Shown here: positions 9,598 through 19,879 of the stretch, one piece after another
How positions within the stretch are numbered: position 1 is the stretch's first letter
Layout: every line of letters starts with the position of its first letter
NCBI RefSeq assembly: GCF_000010065.1
Contig: NC_006576.1
Location: 960,001 to 992,000, forward strand
DNA length: 32,000 nt
Reading direction: 5' to 3'
Source: Synechococcus elongatus PCC 6301
Lineage (GTDB): Bacteria > Cyanobacteriota > Cyanobacteriia > Synechococcales > Synechococcaceae
Translations under genes and position numbers: made by a program
The notes under the pieces: model-generated
The model's input: only the letters and a program-made list of their open reading frames with translations
Database searches by the model: none
What the model was told of the DNA's origin: nothing

Positions 9598-10639
9598 GGG
9601 GCAGAACCTCTTCGGGGAAGACGAATTTTTCGTGCGGTTGGTCTTGCGGTGCCATCCAGGCCCGAATCCCTTCGTTCAACAAGATGTTCTTCGTGTAGAA
9701 CGTCTCAAATTCCGGATCCTCAGCGGCCCGCAGCTCCTGCGACACGAAGTCGTACGCCCGCAGGTTCAACGCCAAACCTACAATCCCGATCGAGCTCATC
9801 CACAAGCCCGTCACCGGCACGAACAGCATGAAAAAGTGCAGCCACCGCTTGTTCGAAAACGCAATCCCGAAAATCTGGCTCCAAAAACGGTTCGCCGTCA
9901 CCATCGAGTACGTCTCTTCGGCCTGCGTCGGCTCAAATGCCCGGAAGGTGTTCGATTGCTCTGAATCCTCGAACAGGGTGTTCTCCACCGTCGCACCGTG
10001 AATGGCGCACAGCAATGCCCCACCCAAAATCCCGGCCACGCCCATCATGTGGAATGGGTTCAAGGTCCAGTTGTGGAACCCTTGCAGGAACAACAAAAAC
10101 CGGAAAATCGCTGCCACGCCAAAGCTCGGAGCGAAGAACCAGCTCGATTGACCCAACGGGTACATCAAGAACACCGACACGAACACTGCGATCGGACCCG
10201 AAAAGGCGATCGCGTTGTACGGACGGACGCCCACCAACCGCGCAATCTCAAATTGACGCAGCATGAACCCAATCAGGCCGAAGGCGCCGTGCAGTGCTAC
10301 GAAGTTCCACAAGCCACCCAACTGGCACCAACGCACGAAGTTCCCTTGTGCCTCGGGGCCCCACAGCAGCATCAACGAATGCCCAAACGCATCCGCTGGG
10401 GTGCTCACTGCTACGGTCAAAAAGTTGCCGCCTTCTAAGTACGAAGACGCGATGCCGTGGGTGTACCACGACGTCACAAAGCTGGTCCCGGTCAACCACC
10501 CGCCCAGTGCTAAATACGCACAGGGAAACAGCAGCAACCCTGACCAACCCACAAATACAAATCGGTCGCGCTTCAGCCAGTCGTCGAGGACGTCAAACCA
10601 TCCCCGCTCCGCTGGCGCTCGCCCTACTGCAATCGTCAT
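9581..10639 (-). CDS. psbD: Photosystem II D2 protein (the psbD copy linked to psbC)
   Basis: 352 aa, [70 protein letters not shown]... Confidence 0.98.
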   Translation of the reverse strand: MTIAVGRAPAERGWFDVLDDWLKRDRFVFVGWSGLLLFPCAYLALGGWLTGTSFVTSWYTHGIASSYLEGGNFLTVAVSTPADAFGHSLMLLWGPEAQGNFVRWCQLGGLWNFVALHGAFGLIGFMLRQFEIARLVGVRPYNAIAFSGPIAVFVSVFLMYPLGQSSWFFAPSFGVAAIFRFLLFLQGFHNWTLNPFHMMGVAGILGGALLCAIHGATVENTLFEDSEQSNTFRAFEPTQAEETYSMVTANRFWSQIFGIAFSNKRWLHFFMLFVPVTGLWMSSIGIVGLALNLRAYDFVSQELRAAEDPEFETFYTKNILLNEGIRAWMAPQDQPHEKFVFPEEVLPRGNAL

Positions 10640-10697
10640 TGGATCTAAAACCTCTTGCCGTACTGAAATCAGAACGTTTCAGCAAGTTGTCCACCCC

Positions 10698-10725
10698 ATG
10701 ATATCGGCTCCAAGGATTTTTACAA
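10698..10725 (-). promoter_or_regulatory. Candidate psbD promoter (-35 TTGTAA, 16-nt spacer, -10 TATCAT)
   Basis: Minus strand: TTGTAA-AAATCCTTGGAGCCGA-TATCAT, placing a start site about 50 nt upstream of the psbD ATG. Consensus matching only. Confidence 0.35.
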
Positions 10726-10861
10726 TCCGACACGAATTGCTCAGAGACCTTTGGGGGCAAGCCTTTGAGCAGATCTACTCATTGAAATCGCAGAAACTGC
10801 CCCTCTCAGGCCAGCACGACCTAAGATCGAGACCGGAACTCATACGCTGACGTCATCTCCT

Positions 10862-11428
10862 ATGCCGAGCCCCGTAGCGACCGTTGAGACGGATTCTTTA
10901 CAGCAGCCAATCTTGGGATCCCGCCGCCCCAGCAACTATTTTTGGGCGATCGCGGTTTCGGTCGGGGGGACCGGATTTCTGCTGGCGGGCCTGTCCAGCT
11001 ACCTGCAGGTCAATCTGTTGCCCTTTTCCGAGCCGACCCGACTGGCCTTTTTGCCCCAAGGACTGGTGATGGGCCTTTACGGGATCGCAGCCATCCTCTT
11101 GGCCAGCTACCTCTGGTTTGTGATCAGCCTCGATGTCGGCGGTGGCTATAACGCCTTCGATCGCAAAACTCAGAAAGCCACCATCTTTCGCTGGGGCTTC
11201 CCGGGCAAAAATCGTCGCGTTGAAATCACCTATCCCCTCAGCGATATCCAAGCGGTGCGCGTGGACATTAAAGAAGGCCTGAACCCCAAGCGGGCCCTCT
11301 ACCTCAAGGTCAAAGGTCGGGGTGACGTTCCCCTAACGCGAGTTGGGCAGCCGCTACCGCTAACGGAACTGGAATCGCAGGGCGCTGAGCTGGCTCGTTT
11401 TCTGGCCGTGCCTCTGGAGGGCCTCTAA
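10862..11428 (+). CDS. ycf4: Photosystem I assembly protein Ycf4
   Basis: 188 aa, [30 protein letters not shown]...[49 protein letters not shown], matching Ycf4. Confidence 0.95.
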   Translation: MPSPVATVETDSLQQPILGSRRPSNYFWAIAVSVGGTGFLLAGLSSYLQVNLLPFSEPTRLAFLPQGLVMGLYGIAAILLASYLWFVISLDVGGGYNAFDRKTQKATIFRWGFPGKNRRVEITYPLSDIQAVRVDIKEGLNPKRALYLKVKGRGDVPLTRVGQPLPLTELESQGAELARFLAVPLEGL

Positions 11429-11429
11429 G

Positions 11430-12161
11430 ATGCGATCGCTGATCCAAGTTGCCGCCCAAGGACTCCTGATCGGTCTGGTGGCCTGGGGCTTAGTTGCCTG
11501 CAGTGGCAGTACCACCTCCCTCTCTGCAGCCAATGCCAATCCTGAGGACGTGGGACGCCTATACCCCGACATCCCTCGTCTGGAGGGCAATGCCACCGTT
11601 GTGCTGACGGTCAATAATCAGCCGATCGAGATCGAAGTCCTTGGAAAAGATGCGCCGCTTACCGCTGGCAATTTTGTTGACCTCGTCTCTAAAGGAGTTT
11701 ACGACGGCACCAGCTTTCACCGCGTGGTGAAAGAACCGCAGCCCTTTGTGGTTCAAGGTGGCGATCCACAAAGCAAAGATCCCAAAGTGCCGGCCCAGCA
11801 ACTGGGCACTGGGTCCTACCAAGATCCCAATACGAAACAGCCACGCTACTTACCCTTAGAAATTACGCCTGAGGGCGCAAGCCAGCCGGTCTATAGCCGG
11901 ACGCTGGAACAAGCGAGCGTTAGCCGGCCACCAAAATTGCGGCATCAACGCGGTGCGGTCGCCATGGCCCGCGCATCCTTCCCTGATTCGGCATCTAGCC
12001 AGTTCTACATCGCACTGTCGGATTTGGGCTTTTTGGATGGAAACTATGCTGTCTTCGGCTATGTCCGCAGCGATATGACGGTCGTCGATCGCATCAAACA
12101 GGGCGATCGCATCCAATCAGCTAAGGTCACAGCAGGTCTGGACAACCTCAAACGCCCATGA
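11430..12161 (+). CDS. Cyclophilin-type peptidyl-prolyl cis-trans isomerase, predicted lipoprotein or exported
   Basis: N-terminal hydrophobic segment plus lipobox-like LVACSG. Cyclophilin motifs: [32 protein letters not shown] and [25 protein letters not shown]. Confidence 0.88.
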   Translation: MRSLIQVAAQGLLIGLVAWGLVACSGSTTSLSAANANPEDVGRLYPDIPRLEGNATVVLTVNNQPIEIEVLGKDAPLTAGNFVDLVSKGVYDGTSFHRVVKEPQPFVVQGGDPQSKDPKVPAQQLGTGSYQDPNTKQPRYLPLEITPEGASQPVYSRTLEQASVSRPPKLRHQRGAVAMARASFPDSASSQFYIALSDLGFLDGNYAVFGYVRSDMTVVDRIKQGDRIQSAKVTAGLDNLKRP

Positions 12162-13747
12162 GTGGGTCAGCCCTGCGTTCTGTCTTGAATCAGTTGCCGG
12201 CCAGAGTGGCACAAGGGCTGCACCAGAGTGATGCTTTCTGGCGATCGCTGCGTTGGGGGCAACTGCCGACACCGCAGTGGGTCAGCGAATCGGCTGATCC
12301 GCTCGGCTCCTGCGATCTGGATGTCCTCGTCGCGGGAGGTACCTTGGGGCTTTTGCCTGCACTGGGCCTGCAGCGTCAGGGGTGGCGTGTTGGCCTCTGG
12401 GAACGCGGCATGGTCCAGGGGCGTGATCAGGAATGGAATATTTCGCGGCATGAGCTGGCCGTTTTGGTTGAGCTGGAACTACTGACAGCGGAGGAGCTCG
12501 AAGCGGCGATCGCGACAGAATTTCCAGCAGCCCGCATCGCTTTTCCCGGTAGCGCCGAGTTGTGGGTCGAAGGCATCCTCAACATTGGTATTTCTCCACG
12601 ACGCCTGATTGCGACGCTGCTTCAGCATTTTCGTGAGCAAGGCGGGCAAGTCTTCGAACAGACCGCGATCGATCGCGTCAGTGTCCATCCCGATGGGGTT
12701 GTCATTGGGGCAGGGTCACAGCGTTGGTCGGGGCGGCTGCTCCTAGATGCCTTGGGGCACTTTTCACCGATCGCGCGTCAAGCTCGAGCGGGTGCAAAAC
12801 CCGATGCCATTTGCCTCGTTGTTGGTGGCTGTGCCCAGGGCTTCCCCGCCAGCGATCGCGGCGATTTGTTTGTTTCGCGATCGCCCATCCAACAACAGCG
12901 CCAGTCCTTTTGGGAAGCTTTTCCAGCAGCAGAGGGTCGCACCGCTTATCTCTTTACCTATATCGACGCCCAGCCAGCTCGTCCGAGTCTGCGATCGCTG
13001 CTAGAGGAGTATCTAGCGGCCTTGCCGGAGTACCAGGGCGTGGATTTGCAACAGTTGCAGTGGAAACGCCTGTTGTGGGGAATTCTCCCTAGCTATCGCC
13101 AAAGCCCTCTCCAAAGTCCTTGGAATCGGATTCTCGCGATCGGCGACAGCAGTAGCGCCCAGTCTCCCCTTAGTTTTGGCGGTTTTGGCGCATTGTTGCG
13201 GCATTTGGAGCGACTCTGCCGTGGCATCCACGAAGCACTGCTCGCTGATTGCCTGCAAGCTGCCGATCTAGCGCTGTTACAACCCCATCAGCCCAACTTG
13301 GCTGTGACCTGGCTGTTTCAGCAGAGTATGACGGTGCCCCTCGATCGCTCCTTGCCCCCAGAACGGATCAACGAGCTACTGGGGCGAATCTTCGCCGTGA
13401 TGGAGAGCTTGGGTCCCCAGACCCTCCGTCCTTTCCTGCAGGATGTGGTGCAGTTTCAGCCCTTGGCCAAAACCCTGTTGATGACGACGCTGCTTCATCC
13501 AGTCTTGGTGGCAAAACTGTTGCCGCAGCTGGGACTTCAACCCTTGCTGCAGTGGCTGCCGCAATTTTTGCAGCTTAGTCTCTATCGATCACTCGCGATC
13601 GCTGGCGAACCCACAGACTGGCTCAAAGTCTGCGATCGCGATCGCTTCCGCCAGCGCCGCCGCCAAGAGGCCTGGTTCTACGGATCGGGCTGCGACTATG
13701 CTGCCCCCCTCAAAAGCTCAGTGGATCGACATCGATCAATAAATTGA
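12158..13747 (+). CDS. cruP: CruP-like flavoprotein (paralogue of the CruA lycopene cyclase family)
   Basis: 529 aa: [70 protein letters not shown]... and FAD-dependent fold with [29 protein letters not shown], as I recall for CruP proteins. Confidence 0.78.
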   Translation: MSGSALRSVLNQLPARVAQGLHQSDAFWRSLRWGQLPTPQWVSESADPLGSCDLDVLVAGGTLGLLPALGLQRQGWRVGLWERGMVQGRDQEWNISRHELAVLVELELLTAEELEAAIATEFPAARIAFPGSAELWVEGILNIGISPRRLIATLLQHFREQGGQVFEQTAIDRVSVHPDGVVIGAGSQRWSGRLLLDALGHFSPIARQARAGAKPDAICLVVGGCAQGFPASDRGDLFVSRSPIQQQRQSFWEAFPAAEGRTAYLFTYIDAQPARPSLRSLLEEYLAALPEYQGVDLQQLQWKRLLWGILPSYRQSPLQSPWNRILAIGDSSSAQSPLSFGGFGALLRHLERLCRGIHEALLADCLQAADLALLQPHQPNLAVTWLFQQSMTVPLDRSLPPERINELLGRIFAVMESLGPQTLRPFLQDVVQFQPLAKTLLMTTLLHPVLVAKLLPQLGLQPLLQWLPQFLQLSLYRSLAIAGEPTDWLKVCDRDRFRQRRRQEAWFYGSGCDYAAPLKSSVDRHRSIN

Positions 13748-16130
13748 CGCCTTTGGGGCAGCAGACACGTAGATCTGTCAGTGGCAACCACTGCCAATCG
13801 GTCTCGGGGGGTGCTTTAAGTAACAGCTGCCAGCGATGACGCCGTGCGATTCGAGCAATATTGGCCGGCGCAGGCCCCAGAAGTTCAACCCCAGCGGGCA
13901 GAATCGGGTGTAATCGGTCCGCGATCGCCTCAGCTGCAGTCATCACTACTGCTTCTTCCAAGCCCCGACAGCTCAAGAGCAGCAGCCGCTGCGCCGGCGG
14001 ATAGCCATGGGCCTGCCGCTCCTGCAGCTCTTCACCCAGGAACTGGGCATAGTTGTGGTCCAGTAAATGTGTCAGCACAGGGTGATCGGGGCAGTAGGTT
14101 TGGACGATCACACGGCCGGGGCGATCGCCTCGACCGGCTCGACCCGCCACTTGGATTAGGGTCTGCAGCGATCGCTCACTAGCACGAAAGTCGGGCATGT
14201 GCAGCAACCCGTCCGCCGCCACCACACCAACGAGCGTCACCTCTGGCAGATCAATTCCCTTGGTCAGCATTTGAGTGCCCACCAATAAACTGGCGGGCTG
14301 CGATCGAAATTGATCGAGCACTTTTTGATGGCCTCCTTTTTGGCGTGTCGTATCACTGTCGTAGCGATAGACGGCGAGTTCGGGAAACAGCCGTTTGACT
14401 TCGGCTTCCACCCGCTGACTACCGCTACCGAAGTTTTTGAGATAGGGCGAATCACAGGCCGGACAACGTTGCGGCTGGGCTTGGGTGTAGTTGCAGTAGT
14501 GGCAGCGCAGCAGCGACTGATTGAGGACCTGATCGAGGTGGTAAGAGAGCGAGACATCGCAGTGAGGACAGCCGATCGGCGTGCCGCAGGCGCGACAGGA
14601 AACAAAGGTGCTGTGCCCCCGCCGATGGATAAAGAGGATGCCTTGCTCGCCCCGCGCTTGTAGGTCAACGAGGGCTTGCTGTAGTTTCGTGCTGAAGATT
14701 GAACGGTTACCGTTGGCTAGCTCTTGGCGCAGATCAACAATCTCAACTGGCGGTAGCGTTCGCGCCTCAACCCGATCGGGCAGCGCTAGGTAGCGAGTTT
14801 GAGCCTCAGCACCTTGCGTGGCCGCCCAAGTTTCCAGATCTGGGGTGGCAGACCCCAGCAGGAGCGGACAACCCTCCCATTGCGATCGCCAGTGGGCAAC
14901 CTGGCGTGCGTGGTAGCAGGGCGGAGTCTGCTCTTGTTTAAAGCTGCTGTCGTGCTCCTCATCCAAAATGATCAGGCCCAGATTGGGTAGGGGGGCAAAC
15001 ACCGCCGATCGCGTTCCGATCACCACCCGCGCACCACCCAACAACATCTGACGCCAAGCGTCGTAGCGTTCGCCATCCGAGAGGCCGCTGTGATAGAGGC
15101 AGAGGCGATCGCCGCCAAAGCGCTGCTGAAAACGCTCGGTCAGTTGCGGCGTCAGGCCAATTTCTGGGACCAGCACCAGCACCGATCGCTGCTGATCCAA
15201 GAGAGGCGCAATCGCCTGCAGATAGACCTCGGTTTTGCCGGAACCGGTAACGCCGTGGAGCAACAAAGTTTCACCAGCGCCAGCCTGCTGAATTTGAGCC
15301 AAGGCAGCGGCTTGAGCCGGTGTCAGCTGGCGAGGCTGATCCGCGCTCAAGTCGGTTGTTTGCAGCCCACTTCGCAGTCGTTCCTTAGGAGTGATCGCCA
15401 CACAACCCAAGACCGACAGGCGATCGAGTAAGCCTCGACTCGCGCCAGTTTGTTCTTGAAAGGATTGGAGCCAAACCTCACCCCCCAGTTGTTGAAGCTG
15501 TGCAAGGACCGCCGCCTGGCGATCGGTTAAGTGAGGCGATCGCGGCTGAACTAAGGTAATCGCGAGTTGCTGCTTCGCTTGAGTGCTCTTGCCGAGGCAG
15601 ATGTAGCTCTCGACACAGCCCGTTTGCAGGAGTTCGCGCAATCCTTGAGAAGCCTGAGGATGTTGCTGACAGAGATAGCGCCAGCTATAGCCCGTCTCAA
15701 GATTTTTCTGCAGTAGCGGCCACAGTCTCTGAGCGGCCCCCGATCGCAAGATTGGTTGGGTACCCGATCGAGCCCGAATTCGGCGTTGCGATCGCCGCAA
15801 CAGCCCCGGGGGTAGCGCAACCCGCAGCACTTGGGTCAGGGAGACCTGATAGTAGCTGGCGGTCTGTTCCAGCAGCGCCCAATAATGGGGCTGAAAAAAG
15901 CTCTGCGCTACGACCTCGTGGATTGGACGAATCCGCGTAGCGTCCAATTCGGCCGCCAACTCGCTGACTATCCGCACTACCAAGCCACCCACCAATCGAT
16001 CGCCAAAGGGCACCAAAACTACGTCACCCACTGCGATCGCAGGGCTAGCCTCGTAGGTATAGGGGGTTTCTAGCCCAGGGCAATCGACTAGAACCTCTGC
16101 CCAGGCTTGGGGTAATCCAGGATGCCTCAT
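13710..16130 (-). CDS. priA: Primosomal protein N' (replication restart helicase PriA)
   Basis: 806 aa with GETLLLHGVTGSGKTEVYLQAIAPLL (Walker A), IILDEEHDSSFKQEQTP (DEEH), zinc-binding cysteines CRACGTPIGCPHCD...CHYCNYTQAQPQRCPAC, and LLVGTQMLTKGIDLPEVTLV. Confidence 0.96.
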   Translation of the reverse strand: MRHPGLPQAWAEVLVDCPGLETPYTYEASPAIAVGDVVLVPFGDRLVGGLVVRIVSELAAELDATRIRPIHEVVAQSFFQPHYWALLEQTASYYQVSLTQVLRVALPPGLLRRSQRRIRARSGTQPILRSGAAQRLWPLLQKNLETGYSWRYLCQQHPQASQGLRELLQTGCVESYICLGKSTQAKQQLAITLVQPRSPHLTDRQAAVLAQLQQLGGEVWLQSFQEQTGASRGLLDRLSVLGCVAITPKERLRSGLQTTDLSADQPRQLTPAQAAALAQIQQAGAGETLLLHGVTGSGKTEVYLQAIAPLLDQQRSVLVLVPEIGLTPQLTERFQQRFGGDRLCLYHSGLSDGERYDAWRQMLLGGARVVIGTRSAVFAPLPNLGLIILDEEHDSSFKQEQTPPCYHARQVAHWRSQWEGCPLLLGSATPDLETWAATQGAEAQTRYLALPDRVEARTLPPVEIVDLRQELANGNRSIFSTKLQQALVDLQARGEQGILFIHRRGHSTFVSCRACGTPIGCPHCDVSLSYHLDQVLNQSLLRCHYCNYTQAQPQRCPACDSPYLKNFGSGSQRVEAEVKRLFPELAVYRYDSDTTRQKGGHQKVLDQFRSQPASLLVGTQMLTKGIDLPEVTLVGVVAADGLLHMPDFRASERSLQTLIQVAGRAGRGDRPGRVIVQTYCPDHPVLTHLLDHNYAQFLGEELQERQAHGYPPAQRLLLLSCRGLEEAVVMTAAEAIADRLHPILPAGVELLGPAPANIARIARRHRWQLLLKAPPETDWQWLPLTDLRVCCPKGVNLLIDVDPLSF

Positions 16131-16211
16131 GTCGTTAGCACACCCTCAATCCTGGCTGGACATGGCTAAGATCCGAAATCCAAGTAACCGTTGCTTTAGC
16201 GTTCCTGAATT

Positions 16212-16697
16212 ATGGTGTCCTCGCTCCAGATTCGTGCAGCCCAACCCGCAGACCTTCCCGAAATCCTGACCCTGATTCGAGAGTTGGCCAGCTTTGAGGA
16301 ACTGGAGCACCAAGTCGTCGAGGATCCAGACCTTCTCAACGAGCATTTGTTTGGGCCTCAACCCTACGCCTCTGTCCAGATTGCTGAGTGGGACGGCACA
16401 ATCGCGGGCTACGTTCTCTACTTCATGACCTACTCCAGCTTTCGCAAGCAACCCAGTCTTTATTTAGAAGATCTATTTGTGCGGCCTCGCTTTCGTCGCC
16501 AAGGCATCGCCACAGCACTGCTGCAACAGCTCGCTGCGATCGCTACTGAACGTCAGTGTGGCCGAGTTGAGTGGGCGGTGCTCGACTGGAATCAACGGGC
16601 GATCGACTTTTACGAAGGATTGGGTGCCAAGCTACTGCCCGACTGGCGAATCTGCCGTTTGGAAGGCGCTGCGATCGGCAATTTTGCTGGTCGATAG
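16212..16697 (+). CDS. GNAT-family N-acetyltransferase
   Basis: 161 aa: SLYLEDLFVRPRFRRQGIATALLQQLAAIATERQCGRVEWAVLDWNQRAIDFYEGLGAKLL, with the acetyl-CoA binding motif RRQGIA. Confidence 0.9.
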   Translation: MVSSLQIRAAQPADLPEILTLIRELASFEELEHQVVEDPDLLNEHLFGPQPYASVQIAEWDGTIAGYVLYFMTYSSFRKQPSLYLEDLFVRPRFRRQGIATALLQQLAAIATERQCGRVEWAVLDWNQRAIDFYEGLGAKLLPDWRICRLEGAAIGNFAGR

Positions 16698-16904
16698 ACC
16701 AACTCAATAGCAAGCGTGCAATTTCAACAGGGCAAGCTACAATCGAAGGGTTTCGAGGCAAGACCGACAACTGGTCGTTGTTCGGTGATTGTCCGAGGGA
16801 TCTTTGACAACCCCCACTGTTCGATTTGCCTTTGGAGATTTGCTCTCTGCATCCAAAGGCTATTTTTGACGTGAGAAGGCAAAGAACCCCACTTTCTAGG
16901 CGCG

Positions 16905-18104
16905 ATGACGCAGCTGATTTCAATCGATAAGGAGCGAGAGGAAGCCGGCATGACTCAGGCCACCGAACTACTCGACCCCGCGCTCAAACCGGCGGAAACA
17001 AAGGCCAAACGGAGTAGTCGCAAAAAAGCGACAACTGCTGTTGTTGAGCCCGCAACCACGATCGCTCCGACTGCAGATGTCGACGCGATCGACGACGAGG
17101 ATTCGGTTGGTGAGGATGAAGATGCGGCGGCCAAAGCCAAAGCTAAAGTCCCCAAAACCTATACAGAAGACTCAATTCGGCTCTATCTCCAAGAGATTGG
17201 TCGAATTCGGTTGCTGCGGGCCGATGAAGAAATTGAGCTCGCCCGTCAAATCGCTGACTTGCTTGCTTTAGAACGCATTCGCGATGAGTTGCTCGAACAG
17301 CTCGATCGTTTGCCCAGCGACGCCGAGTGGGCCGCTGCTGTTGACTCGCCGCTGGATGAATTCCGCCGCCGCCTGTTCCGGGGTCGCCGCGCCAAGGACA
17401 AGATGGTGCAGTCGAACCTGCGGTTGGTGGTGTCGATCGCCAAGAAATACATGAACCGGGGTCTGTCCTTCCAAGACCTGATTCAGGAAGGTAGCTTGGG
17501 TCTGATTCGGGCTGCCGAAAAGTTTGACCACGAGAAGGGCTACAAGTTCTCGACCTACGCGACTTGGTGGATTCGCCAAGCCATCACCCGCGCGATCGCG
17601 GATCAAAGCCGCACGATCCGCCTGCCTGTTCACCTCTACGAAACCATTTCTCGCATTAAGAAAACCACCAAGCTGCTTTCTCAGGAAATGGGTCGTAAGC
17701 CCACCGAGGAGGAGATCGCCACTCGCATGGAGATGACGATCGAGAAGCTGCGGTTTATCGCTAAGTCAGCCCAGCTGCCAATTTCGCTGGAAACCCCAAT
17801 CGGTAAAGAAGAAGACTCGCGTCTGGGTGACTTCATCGAAGCTGATGGCGAAACCCCCGAAGATGAAGTCGCAAAAAACCTGCTGCGCGAAGACCTTGAA
17901 GGCGTCCTTAGCACTCTCAGCCCCCGCGAGCGCGATGTGCTGCGCCTGCGCTATGGCTTGGATGACGGCCGCATGAAAACGCTGGAAGAAATCGGCCAGT
18001 TGTTTAATGTCACCCGCGAACGCATCCGCCAGATCGAGGCGAAAGCACTGCGGAAACTGCGTCATCCCAACCGCAACAGCATCCTGAAAGAGTACATCCG
18101 CTAG
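16905..18104 (+). CDS. rpoD1: Primary RNA polymerase sigma factor, RpoD1/SigA type
   Basis: 399 aa with [87 protein letters not shown] and the region 4 helix-turn-helix [18 protein letters not shown]. Confidence 0.96.
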   Translation: MTQLISIDKEREEAGMTQATELLDPALKPAETKAKRSSRKKATTAVVEPATTIAPTADVDAIDDEDSVGEDEDAAAKAKAKVPKTYTEDSIRLYLQEIGRIRLLRADEEIELARQIADLLALERIRDELLEQLDRLPSDAEWAAAVDSPLDEFRRRLFRGRRAKDKMVQSNLRLVVSIAKKYMNRGLSFQDLIQEGSLGLIRAAEKFDHEKGYKFSTYATWWIRQAITRAIADQSRTIRLPVHLYETISRIKKTTKLLSQEMGRKPTEEEIATRMEMTIEKLRFIAKSAQLPISLETPIGKEEDSRLGDFIEADGETPEDEVAKNLLREDLEGVLSTLSPRERDVLRLRYGLDDGRMKTLEEIGQLFNVTRERIRQIEAKALRKLRHPNRNSILKEYIR

Positions 18105-18135
18105 GATCTACGCTTCATTACCTCAGTGAATTAAC

Positions 18136-18168
18136 AAGCTGCTCGAGATAGTCTTGGGCAGCTTTTTT
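18136..18168 (+). terminator. Candidate rpoD1 terminator
   Basis: AAGCTGC (18136-18142) ... GCAGCTT (18158-18164), with a six-T run at 18163-18168, just after the rpoD1 stop. Confidence 0.55.
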
Positions 18169-18176
18169 ATTAGCAT

Positions 18177-19028
18177 TCACATATAAAATGAAGAGTTTCC
18201 TGCCATCGCAGCTTTAATTGTTTCCTCAATTGCAGAAGGTTTCCAAACAATACCTAGTTGAGCTTTAAACGAATCGTCCCCAACTCGTCCAGAATAGATT
18301 CCCAAAAATTTTCTTCCCTCGCCTATCATTGCCTCATCCTGATTCGTAGCACCTTCGGGTAGCCAATAACCAACCTGTCGTGCGTAAACAGGTGCACCTG
18401 ACATTCCTTCACGCATTGCTGTATCAATAAATAGTTTTGGTAATCCGTCAATATCAAAATCTGGCTCTGAGGCAATACTTCCTCGCTTCCACACCGGAAA
18501 GTTAGCCCCTCCACTTAATCCTCTAGGAAAGCCTAAAACGAAAACATCTAGGCCCGGACAAAGTCTTATATTATCTAATTTAAAATTTGGATCATTAGCG
18601 TGTTTGATTTCAGATCCCTTAACTCCATTAATATTAATAGGAATGGCAACCAAATCTACCTGATACCTATATCTTGGATGTTCATACCAAACTGGCTGTT
18701 TGGGTGAATCTCCCTCATCTTCATATAGTGGAATGACATAGGTAGTCCACTCAATAAATTTGAGCCCAGAACTATCATGGGTGCTAGATGGAATCTTGAT
18801 AAATAGGTGATTTGGAAGAGCAGCCTGATTGGATTTACACTTTAAGGTACTTGGCTCTCTTCCTGTCACATTGTGCCAGTTTGTCACCAAATACGACTTG
18901 TCCTCATGCAAATAAAAGAAAGCAGTTCCACAGGCAATTTCTTCATTTTTAAAACACATAGATATTTGAATAGGAACATAGGATCTCGTGTCACGTAACT
19001 CCGAGACTCTTTGTCTAGGAAAATTCAT
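18177..19028 (-). CDS. Trypsin-like serine protease (S1-type fold), AT-rich accessory gene
   Basis: 283 aa. Putative catalytic triad by motif: His52 (YLVTNWHNVTG), Asp125 (YQVDLVAIPI), Ser210 (REGMSGAPV). Composition is visibly AT-richer than the flanking genes. Confidence 0.72.
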   Translation of the reverse strand: MNFPRQRVSELRDTRSYVPIQISMCFKNEEIACGTAFFYLHEDKSYLVTNWHNVTGREPSTLKCKSNQAALPNHLFIKIPSSTHDSSGLKFIEWTTYVIPLYEDEGDSPKQPVWYEHPRYRYQVDLVAIPININGVKGSEIKHANDPNFKLDNIRLCPGLDVFVLGFPRGLSGGANFPVWKRGSIASEPDFDIDGLPKLFIDTAMREGMSGAPVYARQVGYWLPEGATNQDEAMIGEGRKFLGIYSGRVGDDSFKAQLGIVWKPSAIEETIKAAMAGNSSFYM

Positions 19029-19068
19029 AAAAAACCCTTACTAAAAAAGCAATGTACTAGTCGATCTA

Positions 19069-19090
19069 ACTGTGTCTCGTAACACACAGT
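19069..19090. promoter_or_regulatory. Perfect inverted repeat upstream of the protease ORF (possible operator or hairpin)
   Basis: ACTGTGT (19069-19075) - 8 nt - ACACAGT (19084-19090), 41-62 bp upstream of the start codon at 19028. Confidence 0.35.
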
Positions 19091-19132
19091 CCTAGCCCTA
19101 TTGGGCGTCTCACTCCTACTTTTAAGTAAGAC

Positions 19133-19675
19133 TCAAGGTTGAACGCTGACGATCGCGCCTTCCTCTACTAATTCAAACAGAGCACGGATATCGCGATTTT
19201 TCATCCGCACGCAGCCATGGGAAACCGCTTGGCCAATCAGGGATTCAGCCGTCGTTCCATGGAAACCAATCGAGTTTTTGCCATCAGTCCAAAAGCCGAT
19301 CCAGCGATCGCCTAGAGGATTGTTGGGACCGGGAGGAACAAGACTGCCATTCCAAGGATGCTGCCAAGTCGGATTGACGATTTTGCTCATGACCCGAAAA
19401 GTACCACGGGGCGTTTCCCAACCCGGCTTACCGATGCCCACAGGGTAACTCGCGATCGCCAAGCGATCGCGATAGACCGTCACTCGGCGCTGCCGCAAAC
19501 TCAAAACTAACTTTGTGGTTGGGGCAGGTGCTGGAGGAGGCGCGATCGTTGCTTCTACTGGAATAGCTGGAACCGCCATTGTGGCTGGTGGGGGAATCGG
19601 AATTGCCGCAAGTGGGCTGGCGATCGCACAGCAGGCGACGAGCAAGCTGGAGTTCCAGAGAAGGCGCAACGCCAT
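19133..19675 (-). CDS. L,D-transpeptidase (YkuD domain), exported
   Basis: YkuD motif HGTTAESLIGQAVSHGCVRMKNRDIRALF. Signal-like N-terminus from Met at 19675 (MALRLLWNSSLLVACCAIASPLAA); the track ORF extends to 19759. Confidence 0.9.
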   Translation of the reverse strand: MALRLLWNSSLLVACCAIASPLAAIPIPPPATMAVPAIPVEATIAPPPAPAPTTKLVLSLRQRRVTVYRDRLAIASYPVGIGKPGWETPRGTFRVMSKIVNPTWQHPWNGSLVPPGPNNPLGDRWIGFWTDGKNSIGFHGTTAESLIGQAVSHGCVRMKNRDIRALFELVEEGAIVSVQP

Positions 19676-19879
19676 AGCAGCAAGATTGAATTCGGAGGCT
19701 ATCTCCCCCACTGTACTCAGCAAATTCTGCCAGCGTCGAGTCCCGACAAGACTGCCCATTGTCTGAAAACAATAACTGCTTTACGGTTCAGCCCAGTGAA
19801 TGGTTATTCGGAGTTGAAGGCTCAGCGATCGCTCAGCGGGCTTGTACTATCTCAACCCACTTGACCTAACGGCAGCAGC

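Noticed and set aside
8206-10438. Several + strand ORFs (8206..8646, 8668..8988, 9142..9831, 9998..10438 and others)
   Set aside because: All antisense to psbC and psbD, which are certain genes.
18105-19068. Possible target-site duplication (GATCTA near 18108 and near 19064) flanking the protease gene
   Set aside because: Only 6 bp, expected by chance over this distance, and there is no transposase, integrase or tRNA attachment site.
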